Source: Tortispora ganteri
Lineage: Eukaryota
Length of the DNA: 45,673 nucleotides
Direction: 5' to 3'
Assembly (NCBI GenBank): GCA_003707115.1
Contig: PPNB01000018.1
Span: forward strand, 124,001 to 169,673
Position numbers and translations under genes: made by a program. Positions within the stretch are counted from its first letter, which is position 1. Each line of letters begins with the position of its first letter. Below the pieces are notes generated by a model. It had not been told where the DNA came from, did no database searches, and saw only the letters and a list, made by a program, of their open reading frames with translations. Positions 10,702 through 20,943 of the stretch are shown here, piece after piece.

Positions 10702-11249
10702 AGTTAGTTGTGAGAGACAATTGAACTTTTGATGACCGAGTTTAGTAACAATAAGAACAATAAAGATCTGTGTACGTAAAGGAAAGCGAAATTAAGAGGC
10801 AGGACACAAATGTGAATATTTAAAAGGCACAAAAAAGAATTACATGTAAAAACCTTGTCGTGTGAAAAGAGTTTTAACTGAGTCTGTGCTTGGGGTCAGG
10901 CGGATCGAGTCTGAAAATTGCAGAAAAGCATCAGGGGGGAGTTTAGCAGAACCAATTATAGCAATTAAACTTTAATTAAAATTTGAGATGCGAAGAGTCT
11001 AAATTTAACCATCTTGAGTCAAAACACTAGCGCAACTGCGTCATTTAGTAAATCGAAAAAGTAGTAAAGTGAATGTACAGTTACTATATCTAATGTATCG
11101 GCTGCATCGCCCACATCATCTATATTGACTATACTACTTTTTTCTATCTATACCGGTTACTTATGGTTAATAACTCGAAAAAATGCTACGTACCTTTACC
11201 GCTAACACATCGGCATTAATCTTATAATGAAATAAAGTATCCCTAGCAC

Positions 11250-11805
11250 ATCTGATAAAAATTATTAAAGTTAGAGTGGGCAGCTTAATGGCGGAACTTG
11301 CATCTCCGGTTATTTCCGTTAGCTGTTTAGGAAACGACTGCGAAGTGCAGACATATTATGATTGATCGATTATATCGCTTATATGTGGTACAGTCTTTAA
11401 GACATAAATTGTTTACAGTCACTACAAGAATTACCAATACTATATGTACACTCATTATATTGCTGATTACATTGGATTGCTCAATGAAAAGGATTATTAT
11501 CTAACAAGCAGATCTTTATTCCTATGACGAAAAAGCGTCAGTTAGCTCTCAAGAAAGTCAGAAAGGTTCATCACTTCGTAACTTTATTATAAAAGTAAAT
11601 TGCAGTATGAGCTTGCGCCCAGGTCTTGGCATTATTAGATTTGCGTTTTTCAATCAAGATTACTACTTCGCAACTTGCTAGTGGTCTTCATCGGAGTCTA
11701 ATATCAGCAAAAACTGTACTGTTTTATGGCATTTTGCCTTGCATTTAATCATTATTAGGTCTAGCGTACTGATACATGTCAGGATTTTTTATCAGATTAT
11801 CTGAA
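11250..11805. promoter_or_regulatory. Iron-responsive GATA repressor (SreA/Sfu1/Fep1-type) sites
   Basis: ATCTGATAA at 11250-11258 (+) and TTATCAGAT at 11789-11797 (ATCTGATAA on -), with an overlapping TTATCTGAA at 11797-11805; all upstream of the siderophore transporter. Confidence 0.65.
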
Positions 11806-12159
11806 TTTAAAGTTTTAACTTTATGGTGCAGAATAAAGTGCCGTACAATCCAAACTCGGCAAATTTTTACAGATCTTTGTTAATAAGCAAGCTCGAGCGC
11901 TTCTTTAAGGCCAGAAAATACCAATTTTCTGGGTATTACCGGCTCACTTAACAAAGGGATATTATCTGGCTGAAGTCCAGTTTGGCTTAAAACTGATCCA
12001 TAATTAATATCGCCGTCGACATACGATCAGCATGGTTTGCCTAGTTTTCATTACATCCTTTATATGATCTGTAAAAACAACTAGCCCGCAATAATACTCA
12101 AATACGGTCATCGTCATAGTTGTACTTACACAGTTATCACGGGTTATAATAGCCAGCAG

Positions 12160-12204
12160 TGCTGCTGCTGCTGCTGCTGCTACTGCTACTGCTACTGCTA
12201 TTGC
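12160..12204. repeat. (TGC)n/(TACTGC)n microsatellite
   Basis: tgctgctgctgctgctgctgctactgctactgctactgctattgc in intergenic DNA. Confidence 0.9.
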
Positions 12205-12730
12205 ATTCAAGTATAAGCCGATACTAATATCACTTAAGCTCGCTTGAGTTGATATATATAGATTCTCTCACTACCTTTCCAATTCTTTGCATACATCTCC
12301 ATATACCGATCGGTGAATCTAGTCAAGTTGTTGTGCTTCTAGCCAATCACATGTGCCAATGGAGTAAGGTTATGGCAATCTTAATAAATATTGCGACGAA
12401 CCTAGCTTAATACCTTCGAATGCTGTTAGCGAACCGACGAGTTCACTATAGCACAATTAACTAGTAAGCAACTGTTTTAACTAATTTAAGCAAATATCAT
12501 ACGATGCAATGGCTTCGCAGCAGCGATGCGCGTTGCATTGCGTGTGATTCCTTTTGATTCCTCTTGATTCCTCGTTCGCGTTTACCGAACGGTTAAACCA
12601 TCAAAGCACATCTCATATCTCAAGTTACTATTCACAGGCTTTCTCTTTACATTTATACCCTCATAGCGTCAATAGAAGTTTTCGGTGCGCCATAACTTCG
12701 TCAACAGCACTATATAATCGCTCGTGGTGG

Positions 12731-14656
12731 ATGTCCCAATGCCGGGTAAACACTAAGTGTGGGGCAATAATGCCCGAACCACACTATATCTGCAAGACAT
12801 ACTCCATGCGGGAACAGCTGGGTATTGGCAAATATCAAGATTGTTTGCGGTGCAAGAGGCGGAAACTGCGATGTAACAAGCAGAACCCATGCTTCTTTTG
12901 CACACGATCAGGTGTATCATGTGAGATATATCCTTTGATTGCTAATCCTGTCTGCGACACCGGAGAGGTCGACAACGCTCGCAGTGGGCTTAAATTTGCG
13001 CCTTCAGCGGAGAAGGACTCAATGGTAGTTCCACTGTCTGCGCTAGAACTTACGCGTAATGTATTCAAGAGTCAACACGTCGACCACGTATTCCAAGCGG
13101 ACGCGCAGGTACTCGTAGGTGGCCGACCACGGAAATCAACTGATCTCCGTGAGTTCAGCGAATTCTACGGCACAGACTTGCCGCCGAAATCTGTTATTGA
13201 CAGTCTATTGAACTGCTATTTTGCGCATTTTCAATGGTTTTTTTATGTTCTGGACGAGCCTGCATTCAAACGGCGACTAGCACAGTTCCTAGGGAATTCT
13301 CACATAAACCCAAATGACGAAGACTTCGCACTGCTCCTGGCTGTCGTGCTTATGTGCGGGATCCGATTGCTAGACTCTGACAAGCTGACGACTTACGCGA
13401 CGTCTGATTTTCAACAATTACATGCAAAGCTACTGCGCACATGTTGCAAGGGATTCATCGAGGTCGCACAGGACCCTACAATTGAATCTGTCCAGTTTTG
13501 TATCCTGTTCTCGTCCTATTCACACTTCTACCTGTCTCCAGACTTATCCTTGGCCATTGAAGGCGCCGCGCTCAAAGCCGCCGCATCCATAAAACTAAAC
13601 ATTGAGCCCTCAGAGTCCATGTCGCCGCATCAGCGCACAATCAGGCGGCTTGCCTGGTGGCCACTCTATGTGATTGATCGTTTTGCGGCCATGGCCTACG
13701 GCTGCCCCATTGGATTTGACGACAAAGACATAACTATCCAGTATCCGTTCACAGATCTCGGTGACGAACTCAAGGTGTTCCATACCATCAAGTACCGTCT
13801 CTACAGGATGGTTTCGGAGATCCTGGCTGCCGTCTACCACACGCCCGTCTCGCTGGTCACTGTCCCCTTGCTCCAGCCACGCGTCGAAAGAATCAAAAGT
13901 GCTATTGATGCAGAAAAGGACCACGTGCCGGACTTTCTACGCGTCGAGAACCTCGAAGACATTTCTGAACACGATTCCGTGACCGCACGTATTCTGAAAC
14001 TACAGACTATGGCGTTGCACCTTACTTTCGGCAGCCTACAACTATTGACGATGCGACCTTACGTGTTTTTGAAGTGTAACATGACCATACCCGCAAGCCG
14101 TGCAGAGTCTGTTTCGGTCGCTGAACAGATTCTCAACGAGAACCTCCAGGTGTGCATCGACACTGCACTATCATTTTCGTACTACCTCAACTACCCGAAC
14201 CTGTTACTGAATGTCGGAAACTCTCACGCGGCAACATACTGCGCTTTGCAGCACCTGACGGCAGGCGCAATGCTGGGACTGATCCTTGTTGCAGACCCTT
14301 TACGCTCCGATGGTACGCAAATCCAACATGCAATCCAGCGTATTATACGCATAGAGGCTGGTTTTGCCAAGTCTACGCTTGTCGCTCGTGAGGCCGAGTC
14401 CGTTCTCGTCGACCTGTACAAACTGTGTCTTGCGCGGCGGATGGTCAACTATACTAACGGCGACACTACGCTTGACGAGCGTATGGACTTCATAGAAAAA
14501 TCTACGATTCAAGCAGCCGCATTACAGGCAGGTCTTGCAACTTCAACCGGCCAGTCGCCCGTTCAGGCCGACGCCGAGGATATCGGTATAGGGTTTGATC
14601 TTGAAGAAGCTCTTCAGTCGACGTCACAGATATTCTTGTGGGGTTTACAATCGTGA
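12731..14656 (+). CDS. Zn(II)2Cys6 transcription factor with fungal-TF middle homology domain (start uncertain: ATG at 12731, 12770 or 12806)
   Basis: CLRCKRRKLRCNKQNPCFFCTRSGVSC cluster; RRLAWWPLYVIDRFAAMAYGCP. The ORF track start at 12554 is TTG and lies upstream of TATATAA (12711). Confidence 0.9.
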   Translation: MSQCRVNTKCGAIMPEPHYICKTYSMREQLGIGKYQDCLRCKRRKLRCNKQNPCFFCTRSGVSCEIYPLIANPVCDTGEVDNARSGLKFAPSAEKDSMVVPLSALELTRNVFKSQHVDHVFQADAQVLVGGRPRKSTDLREFSEFYGTDLPPKSVIDSLLNCYFAHFQWFFYVLDEPAFKRRLAQFLGNSHINPNDEDFALLLAVVLMCGIRLLDSDKLTTYATSDFQQLHAKLLRTCCKGFIEVAQDPTIESVQFCILFSSYSHFYLSPDLSLAIEGAALKAAASIKLNIEPSESMSPHQRTIRRLAWWPLYVIDRFAAMAYGCPIGFDDKDITIQYPFTDLGDELKVFHTIKYRLYRMVSEILAAVYHTPVSLVTVPLLQPRVERIKSAIDAEKDHVPDFLRVENLEDISEHDSVTARILKLQTMALHLTFGSLQLLTMRPYVFLKCNMTIPASRAESVSVAEQILNENLQVCIDTALSFSYYLNYPNLLLNVGNSHAATYCALQHLTAGAMLGLILVADPLRSDGTQIQHAIQRIIRIEAGFAKSTLVAREAESVLVDLYKLCLARRMVNYTNGDTTLDERMDFIEKSTIQAAALQAGLATSTGQSPVQADAEDIGIGFDLEEALQSTSQIFLWGLQS

Positions 14657-14759
14657 CGCTACATGAATTGTCATACTAAGATCTTCATATTTGATGCAAT
14701 CTCAAATGAAGATGATGTCGTCTATCAAACTGACTTTCTCAAAATTGACACAGTATTTT

Positions 14760-15029
14760 CTGGGGAAATAAGGTTGATCAACAATAAAGATCACCATACC
14801 CCCCAATCCACCAGCAATCAGCATACTGCATTTGTATTCCTAGCCGCATTGCACGTCCCCGCACCAGCACTTACTTATGTTTTTGCTAAATTGTAGCTAA
14901 CTGCTGTAGCGCTCTGTCACTCATGCATCATGTGTCATACATAGACCCCGCGCAGCACTGTGCACGGGGTATTCAAAACAAGGTTTGACTAGCCCCGGCT
15001 CTCCTCCTCCATTATACATTGAACCCCAC
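14760..15029. promoter_or_regulatory. Cluster of SYGGGG (Mig1/CreA-type) sites
   Basis: CTGGGG 14760 (preceded by ATTTT), CCCCGC 14857 and 14946, CCCCGG 14993, CCCCAC 15024 (followed by ATTT). Confidence 0.55.
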
Positions 15030-15094
15030 ATTTCCTTGAACAAAGCAGAAACTCCATCCAAATCACCTGCTGCCCATATCTAGCATTGCCTGAA

Positions 15095-17170
15095 ATGACA
15101 AATAATGTGACCCCGGGTTCAGATCTGAATGGACTGTTGCCAGTGAAGAAACGACAGAACGTATCGCGCGCTTGCGAGCGATGTCGCCGACAAAAACTGC
15201 GATGTGACGATAATCAGCCGTGTTTCCTTTGTGTACGATCAAATATGGAATGTGTGCGAAGTACAGAACCTATACGACGCAGGCGGAAGAAAAAACCAGA
15301 AATACAAATAATCAGACAGCAAAATCAGGTGCCGCTAGCGCCTACAGTGCCGCTGGCTCACATGCACCACAGAGCAGCAACGTACACTAATGATCTGCCA
15401 TTGCCCAGTACTGCAGACATCGACGACTACAGGCAGCAGCAGTCGTCCTCGATCCTGTCATCTGACTCGCATGCGCACTCAGTACACACTGACCCAGCAA
15501 ACCACCCGGGCGACGCCCCGCACACCGATGACTTCTCGTCGCTCTCTATACTCTCGATGACGCGGCGGATATTCCAACTCCACCACGTCGCACACATGCT
15601 TAGCTCCGAAACCGTGCATCTTGTCGATGGCGCTCGTGCCCCGCTAGATATAGGTTCCCCGCTCGACATCTTTCTTGGGTTCACCGCTCCGCCCAAGGAC
15701 GTCCTCAACGCCATCACCGCCGCCTACTTCGACAAGTTTCACTGGTTCTTACTCATTCTCGTCGAGTCGTCGTTTATAGAACGATTCGACGCTATATGGG
15801 AGTCCCGTATGGTATACAGGAAAGACGAGGCGTTTATACTTGCCTGGTGCGCAATGATAACCACAGGCACGCACTTGTGCCCAGCAAGCGTCAAGGAACA
15901 GTTCCCTGCCGTGGACTTTGAAGCGCTCGAAACGGCCTTCTACACACGCTGTTACAATGGTTACATTGACGTTATACAGGAAGCCCGGTTAGAAGCTGTC
16001 CAGTTCTGTACATTGTATGGCACATACCACATATACTACGGCTCACCGAACCTCGCATTGTCGCTACTAGGGTCTGGCCTCAAAGCCGCTATTGCCATCA
16101 GAATGCATCTCGAACCCAGCATCCACCTAGACCCGACAGAAAGAGAGGCTCGCAGACGGTGCTGGTGGGTCCTTTACATCTTTGACCGTAACACCGCAAT
16201 GGCCTACGGCTCTCCCGTCGGTGTAAAAGACGAGGATATCACAACCTCCTTGCCCTGCGCAGAGGAAAATACAGCACTAGGTAATGGTCTGCCTCACGAC
16301 AGCAACTACCACGTCATGAAAGTCCGTCTGTACCAGATCTCGTCCGATATCATGCACCGCATCTACAACCGCAACAGGCCGATGTCAGAGCTGCTGCGAA
16401 TGGGCGATACGATCTTTTCCATTTATCAGAACCTCATAGACTTCGAGAATCACGTCCCTCCAGCACTTAAAATCGCCAACCTCACAGATCTTAGTCCTAC
16501 TGACCAACCTGCTGATCAGATCCTCAAGCAACAGGCGCTCACGCTCTATCTTGCCCGAGAGAATACAATAATGGTATTGTTTCGGCCCTTTGTGGTTATA
16601 CGAGCTGCAAGAAATGCCGAGGAGCATAAAGACGCAAGTGATGGCAGTTCTGACGAGTTTTTGAACAAATGCGTGGAAATGTGCGTCGATTCTGCAATTA
16701 GGTCGAGCAAAGTAGCACGATTCACCAATCTCATCCTCTACTCCCGCGAAAGCCATTCAGGCCCATTTATCAGCCTGCAGCTTTTGACTGCCGGGGTTGT
16801 ACTTTCAATGTCTCTCATTCTCAATCCACTAGAAAGGCAGAGCGATGAGATAAAGCAGTCGTTGCGCGACGTTCTTGCCGTACAGCGAGCGTTCCAGGAT
16901 AAGATTGAGAGTGCTAAAGAATCACTCAAACTTCTTGTAGACCTCATGAAACTTGCGTTGGCGAAAGAGCTCGCTGCGTTTCAGGGGTCTAGCGGTTTGG
17001 AGCCCTCTGTTATTGACTTCTTCAACGACCAATCGCTGTATCAGGCGTTGCAACAGGGATCGTCCGTGAGCGACATATCTCGACTGCATCAGCACAATGA
17101 ACATTACGACCAAACTGATTTGGCGTCATTTTTCTATCAGCCGAACCAGGCCTGGTTATGGGACATATGA
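15095..17170 (+). CDS. Zn(II)2Cys6 transcription factor, paralog of the upstream gene
   Basis: SRACERCRRQKLRCDDNQPCFLCVRSNMEC; RRRCWWVLYIFDRNTAMAYGSP; first ATG at 15095. Confidence 0.93.
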   Translation: MTNNVTPGSDLNGLLPVKKRQNVSRACERCRRQKLRCDDNQPCFLCVRSNMECVRSTEPIRRRRKKKPEIQIIRQQNQVPLAPTVPLAHMHHRAATYTNDLPLPSTADIDDYRQQQSSSILSSDSHAHSVHTDPANHPGDAPHTDDFSSLSILSMTRRIFQLHHVAHMLSSETVHLVDGARAPLDIGSPLDIFLGFTAPPKDVLNAITAAYFDKFHWFLLILVESSFIERFDAIWESRMVYRKDEAFILAWCAMITTGTHLCPASVKEQFPAVDFEALETAFYTRCYNGYIDVIQEARLEAVQFCTLYGTYHIYYGSPNLALSLLGSGLKAAIAIRMHLEPSIHLDPTEREARRRCWWVLYIFDRNTAMAYGSPVGVKDEDITTSLPCAEENTALGNGLPHDSNYHVMKVRLYQISSDIMHRIYNRNRPMSELLRMGDTIFSIYQNLIDFENHVPPALKIANLTDLSPTDQPADQILKQQALTLYLARENTIMVLFRPFVVIRAARNAEEHKDASDGSSDEFLNKCVEMCVDSAIRSSKVARFTNLILYSRESHSGPFISLQLLTAGVVLSMSLILNPLERQSDEIKQSLRDVLAVQRAFQDKIESAKESLKLLVDLMKLALAKELAAFQGSSGLEPSVIDFFNDQSLYQALQQGSSVSDISRLHQHNEHYDQTDLASFFYQPNQAWLWDI

Positions 17171-18427
17171 TTTGTTCAGTTTAAGCTTGCCGTCGACTAT
17201 TTGGGCCTGCATGCCTGCCTCTCTGACTGCATCGTCATCAACGACTTTCCGCGGCTCAAGGCTTGCGATTAGCTTTTGGTTTTCTATATTGTCCTTAAGC
17301 AAGGCCTTGATACAGAGAATTGCATGCTCGCGAACAAATGGGTTTTCGTGGTCAATTACGCAGCTGGACAGCACCGCTGGAAAGGCTTGCAGGTCCCTCA
17401 CAGCGTTCTGCGCGGTGCTGTTGTTCTCACAGAGGTAGCCTATAGTGATGAGACAATTTGATTTGGATGTCGGGTTATATCCGAATTCGTAGGCGATGTG
17501 CCTGGAGTCCTTAAGTTTCCTGTGCGGGACAAGCTCGTGCAGGGTTTTTAGCGCAGATACGGATGCGTTCAGCGCGCCTGCATCTAGCAGAACCGGTCTG
17601 TATGGGGGATATTCTGCAAATCGCGAGAGGAGTGACATAGCGTTGTTGATCTGTGAGAATGGCATTTCCCAGTACTGCGCTATAGCGCGGTCGTTTGTAG
17701 ATGCCTGAGGTAACATCTGTAGCGCCTTTATAAGGATGTCTATTTGTGCTGCGACGACTATAGCTGCATGTTGCTCGTCGAGAAGTTCCGGTACTATAAA
17801 CGAGGCTATTTTTGGGACGGTTGAATTCAAGGCGACGATATGGTCCTGCTGCATTCTGGCTAGAATGTTTGTGATATTAGGTGCGACTGATTCGTATTCG
17901 CTATCAAGCATACTCTGTACAACAGGGAAAAGGATGGAGGGATCGTAACTTACTAGTATTCGCGATAACGTATAAGAGAATAATGCGCCTTGTTGAAGTT
18001 CAGGTTTGTAGGAGTGTAGAATAGCAGTTATAAAAGTTTCTGATACAACTGAGTGCTTTAGGAGCAAGTTGTGCAGTGCTTGTAAGGTAATAATGTATGT
18101 AAAGTCCAATTGTAAAGCGACTAAAAGCGCTGTGATAATACGTTTAAGATTTTCATCATCGATATCTATGAGCGAAGAGAGATTCCTAATAAGACCTATA
18201 GTTCGTTTAACGAAAAGAGTATATGGATCAGGATCTTTAAGCAATAACTCTAGCAAGTCAACTAGCGGCGACCATATTGTTGGATCAGCCTTGAATGAAC
18301 TTTTAAGAGTTTCATTTGTTGTATCAAGTAAAAGTGATTGTTTAGGATATTTTTTTTGAATTATTATATTTTGTAATTCGTTAATTTCATCATGTATACG
18401 TTTAGTCCATGATTTTTCGGTATACAT
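17156..18427 (-). CDS. CTR86: Ataxin-10/Ctr86 homolog
   Basis: C-terminal QNAVRDL...VLSSCVIDHENPFVREHAILCIKALL..N..NQ ataxin-10 motif. Likely start is MYTEK at 18427; the frame stays open to 18580. Confidence 0.85.
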   Translation of the reverse strand: MYTEKSWTKRIHDEINELQNIIIQKKYPKQSLLLDTTNETLKSSFKADPTIWSPLVDLLELLLKDPDPYTLFVKRTIGLIRNLSSLIDIDDENLKRIITALLVALQLDFTYIITLQALHNLLLKHSVVSETFITAILHSYKPELQQGALFSYTLSRILVSYDPSILFPVVQSMLDSEYESVAPNITNILARMQQDHIVALNSTVPKIASFIVPELLDEQHAAIVVAAQIDILIKALQMLPQASTNDRAIAQYWEMPFSQINNAMSLLSRFAEYPPYRPVLLDAGALNASVSALKTLHELVPHRKLKDSRHIAYEFGYNPTSKSNCLITIGYLCENNSTAQNAVRDLQAFPAVLSSCVIDHENPFVREHAILCIKALLKDNIENQKLIASLEPRKVVDDDAVREAGMQAQIVDGKLKLNKSYVP

Positions 18428-18569
18428 AAGAGAATGATATCTACTAAAGGGGAAATTGGGACAAAGTGGTGTATATAAATCATCTATATAATGCGTATAT
18501 AGAAGATTTTTTATAAAGCGTATATCAATGATTTTATATATAGCTTTAAAATTGTACTTAAAATAATCA

Positions 18570-20828
18570 TTATTCATCAATTAGCATATTTTCAAGTGTT
18601 GTAGGACTTAATTGATTTCCTGATTCATCGACAAATGTAATTAGTTCATTAGAATCATTGTCATTAGAATCATTATCATTAGAGTCACTGTCATTAGAAT
18701 CATTGTCATTAGAATCATCATCACTCACTTCACCATGTTCGAAATTTAATCGATTTTTTATCTCTAACGACAATATGTACTTCGTCCAACGTTTATGTGC
18801 TGCACGTTTACGCCTTCGTAATGATGCAGCAACTTCTTCTCGTTTCATCTCCCCATACTCATGCATTACCTTATGTGCAACAGTCTCGGGAACCACAATA
18901 CCCCGGATCTGCGCTGCCGCTCTATTACCGGCCCCAAAATTAAACCCCACAACAGCATCAGCGTAGTCAACACCGCATGCCTTCGCACTTTTCCATACAT
19001 CCTTGAACGGTAAATACCGCCCGCCAGCGGGCACCATACAGTCCGAGAACACTTCAATATTACCAAAATCATTCTTCGGTACTCGTCCATCTAGTACCGG
19101 TTTAGGTTCAAACTTCGTCGTTTGGTCGTACGCAAATAACCCGACCCGTTGACCGCGGTTAGCGTCTTTCCACTTCAGCGGTTCCGCATTCTGCATTACC
19201 TCACGACCGCGTCTGTACCACGAAACCGCTGAATGCAGTATTTTCACGTCAGATCGTCGGTAAACTGCCAGTGCATCAGGACTGCCGCGCGCATGCACAA
19301 CACCACAAGGTTTTGTCGCAGCTAATACCTCGTTTGATTTCAAGTCACGTTCAAGCACGTATATAGGGTGATTCTTGAAATCTTGAATGTTCCCTGGCAG
19401 GTTATCTGAGGTCTTGGCGCGATGTATAAGATCATCCTCATAGCTGTCTAGGGAATCAGCTCTCTTTTTACCGAGGAATGTCATCACTCGTGTCCACCAG
19501 CGCGCACCCTCAATATTTAACGTGATCCGCGCCTTGCGTGTCTTCACAAGGAATGATTTAACGTACTTAGGAGTCAGATCTTTTGTGTAGCCCTGTTCAT
19601 CAACACCTACTACATATGCCATAACATTATCCGGATCAGAAAGCGATGGTTCAAGTTTGCTACCACAATGCGGAACATGCATAATCTGCAGTACTATAGG
19701 GTCAACAGCGTACCACCGCTTAGAATGTGGGTTGAACACCTCGGCCCAGTAAATAGGTTCTCGCGTCTCCGTGAACGAAACAGAGGCAACAGGTTGGTCT
19801 ATAACGAATGGGAATGCAGAAGAGGCTCTCCGTGACAATTTTTCATCCACGGGTCGCTCATTATCTACAGATATAATCCCTTCAGATAAAACCACAGATG
19901 GTTTACTCAAGAAATTGAACGGCAAAGGTTGTAAAGAGCATACCAGCCGGACTTTCAAGTTGAGCGCGCGTAGAAACGCCACAAATCCCTGTGCACCAAG
20001 GTCCCGCGACCCATTCTGGCCAATACAAGCAGCTCTAAATTTAGATATCGAGGGAATATCGTCAAATTGTGAATGCAAAGTCATGGCATCGTGTAGGTTC
20101 TCCCATCGGACACAGAACAGCCCCCGGTGAGTAATTCTCCAGCCGGTGTGCCAAATATCCATTGCTCGACGGAGGCCATCCAGGAATTGCCGCGATCTTA
20201 GTGTAGAGTTTTGGTTCGGTGACGAATTAAGTAACGTGATGATAGATTTTGGCGCGAGTCGACGTAGTTGTGTGTGTAGAAGCGGATCGTTGCACCAGGC
20301 GTTACGGATCAGTACATGCGCCAGCAGTGCCAACAGGTGGCATTCATGAATGAGCCAGCGCAGTTGACGCACTTCTTTAGTAATCTTTTGACGACTAGAT
20401 CTCGTTCTTGTCTTTGTTGGCCGCGTCACGGAAATAGTGAGCGTGTCAGCCACTACAGGTTGCAATGCCGCATTCATGTTAGAAATATCTATCTCCTCCC
20501 ACTCAGAGTCGCTGTCTGATACTCCTGCAGAAGATAAAACGGAACTTTCAGATAAAGAAGGACTTTTAGATGAAGAGCTGTTAACCTCTAGAGGATGCAT
20601 AACAGAGGAACGGGCAGTCACTGAGGCAGGCGAGGTAGGCGAAGCAGGCGAGGCAGGCTGATCAGGATGAGTCACATGATTTCTAATAGAACCAGGAGGC
20701 CGAATTGGCCGGATCTTTTTGCGCGGTTTTGATTCAGATTCATTCTTATATTCATTCAATAATTCTAAATGTGTAGATGAAACAGAATTTGTCCTTTTAG
20801 TTGGACTTTTCTTTCCTTTCGGAGGCAT
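18570..20828 (-). CDS. RAD4: Nucleotide excision repair damage-recognition protein Rad4/XPC
   Basis: GSRDLGAQ.F, YWAEVF, KDLTPKY, FKNHPIYVLER, VPKNDFGNIEVF, DYADAVVGF.F. Confidence 0.95.
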   Translation of the reverse strand: MPPKGKKSPTKRTNSVSSTHLELLNEYKNESESKPRKKIRPIRPPGSIRNHVTHPDQPASPASPTSPASVTARSSVMHPLEVNSSSSKSPSLSESSVLSSAGVSDSDSEWEEIDISNMNAALQPVVADTLTISVTRPTKTRTRSSRQKITKEVRQLRWLIHECHLLALLAHVLIRNAWCNDPLLHTQLRRLAPKSIITLLNSSPNQNSTLRSRQFLDGLRRAMDIWHTGWRITHRGLFCVRWENLHDAMTLHSQFDDIPSISKFRAACIGQNGSRDLGAQGFVAFLRALNLKVRLVCSLQPLPFNFLSKPSVVLSEGIISVDNERPVDEKLSRRASSAFPFVIDQPVASVSFTETREPIYWAEVFNPHSKRWYAVDPIVLQIMHVPHCGSKLEPSLSDPDNVMAYVVGVDEQGYTKDLTPKYVKSFLVKTRKARITLNIEGARWWTRVMTFLGKKRADSLDSYEDDLIHRAKTSDNLPGNIQDFKNHPIYVLERDLKSNEVLAATKPCGVVHARGSPDALAVYRRSDVKILHSAVSWYRRGREVMQNAEPLKWKDANRGQRVGLFAYDQTTKFEPKPVLDGRVPKNDFGNIEVFSDCMVPAGGRYLPFKDVWKSAKACGVDYADAVVGFNFGAGNRAAAQIRGIVVPETVAHKVMHEYGEMKREEVAASLRRRKRAAHKRWTKYILSLEIKNRLNFEHGEVSDDDSNDNDSNDSDSNDNDSNDNDSNELITFVDESGNQLSPTTLENMLIDE
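18646..18720 (-). repeat. 15-bp coding tandem repeat x5 (DSNDN acidic tail of Rad4)
   Basis: tcattagaatcattg-like units. Confidence 0.9.
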
Positions 20829-20943
20829 AGATATAGAATCAAAAAGTAAAAATTACCCTCCCAAAGTAACTCGAATCTCTTTGATATATGAAACAATATA
20901 ATATGTATACATATACCAACTAAACAATGTTGAAATACATTAA

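Noticed and set aside
12004..12210. 68-aa minus-strand ORF with poly-Ala
   Set aside because: Non-ATG start; explained by the microsatellite.
12504..12538. Imperfect ~14-bp hairpin; a similar GC-rich hairpin lies near 37643-37676
   Set aside because: Short with bulges, within chance expectation; bacterial-type terminators are irrelevant in this eukaryote.
12554..12730. ORF-track N-terminal extensions for the first TF (also MET10, KU70, PCL, MRPL7, SEC22, CTR86)
   Set aside because: They start at non-ATG codons or lie upstream of where recognisable homology begins; downstream ATGs fit better.
8851..17170. Siderophore or secondary-metabolite biosynthetic cluster
   Set aside because: Only a transporter and two regulators; no NRPS, PKS or tailoring enzymes in the window.
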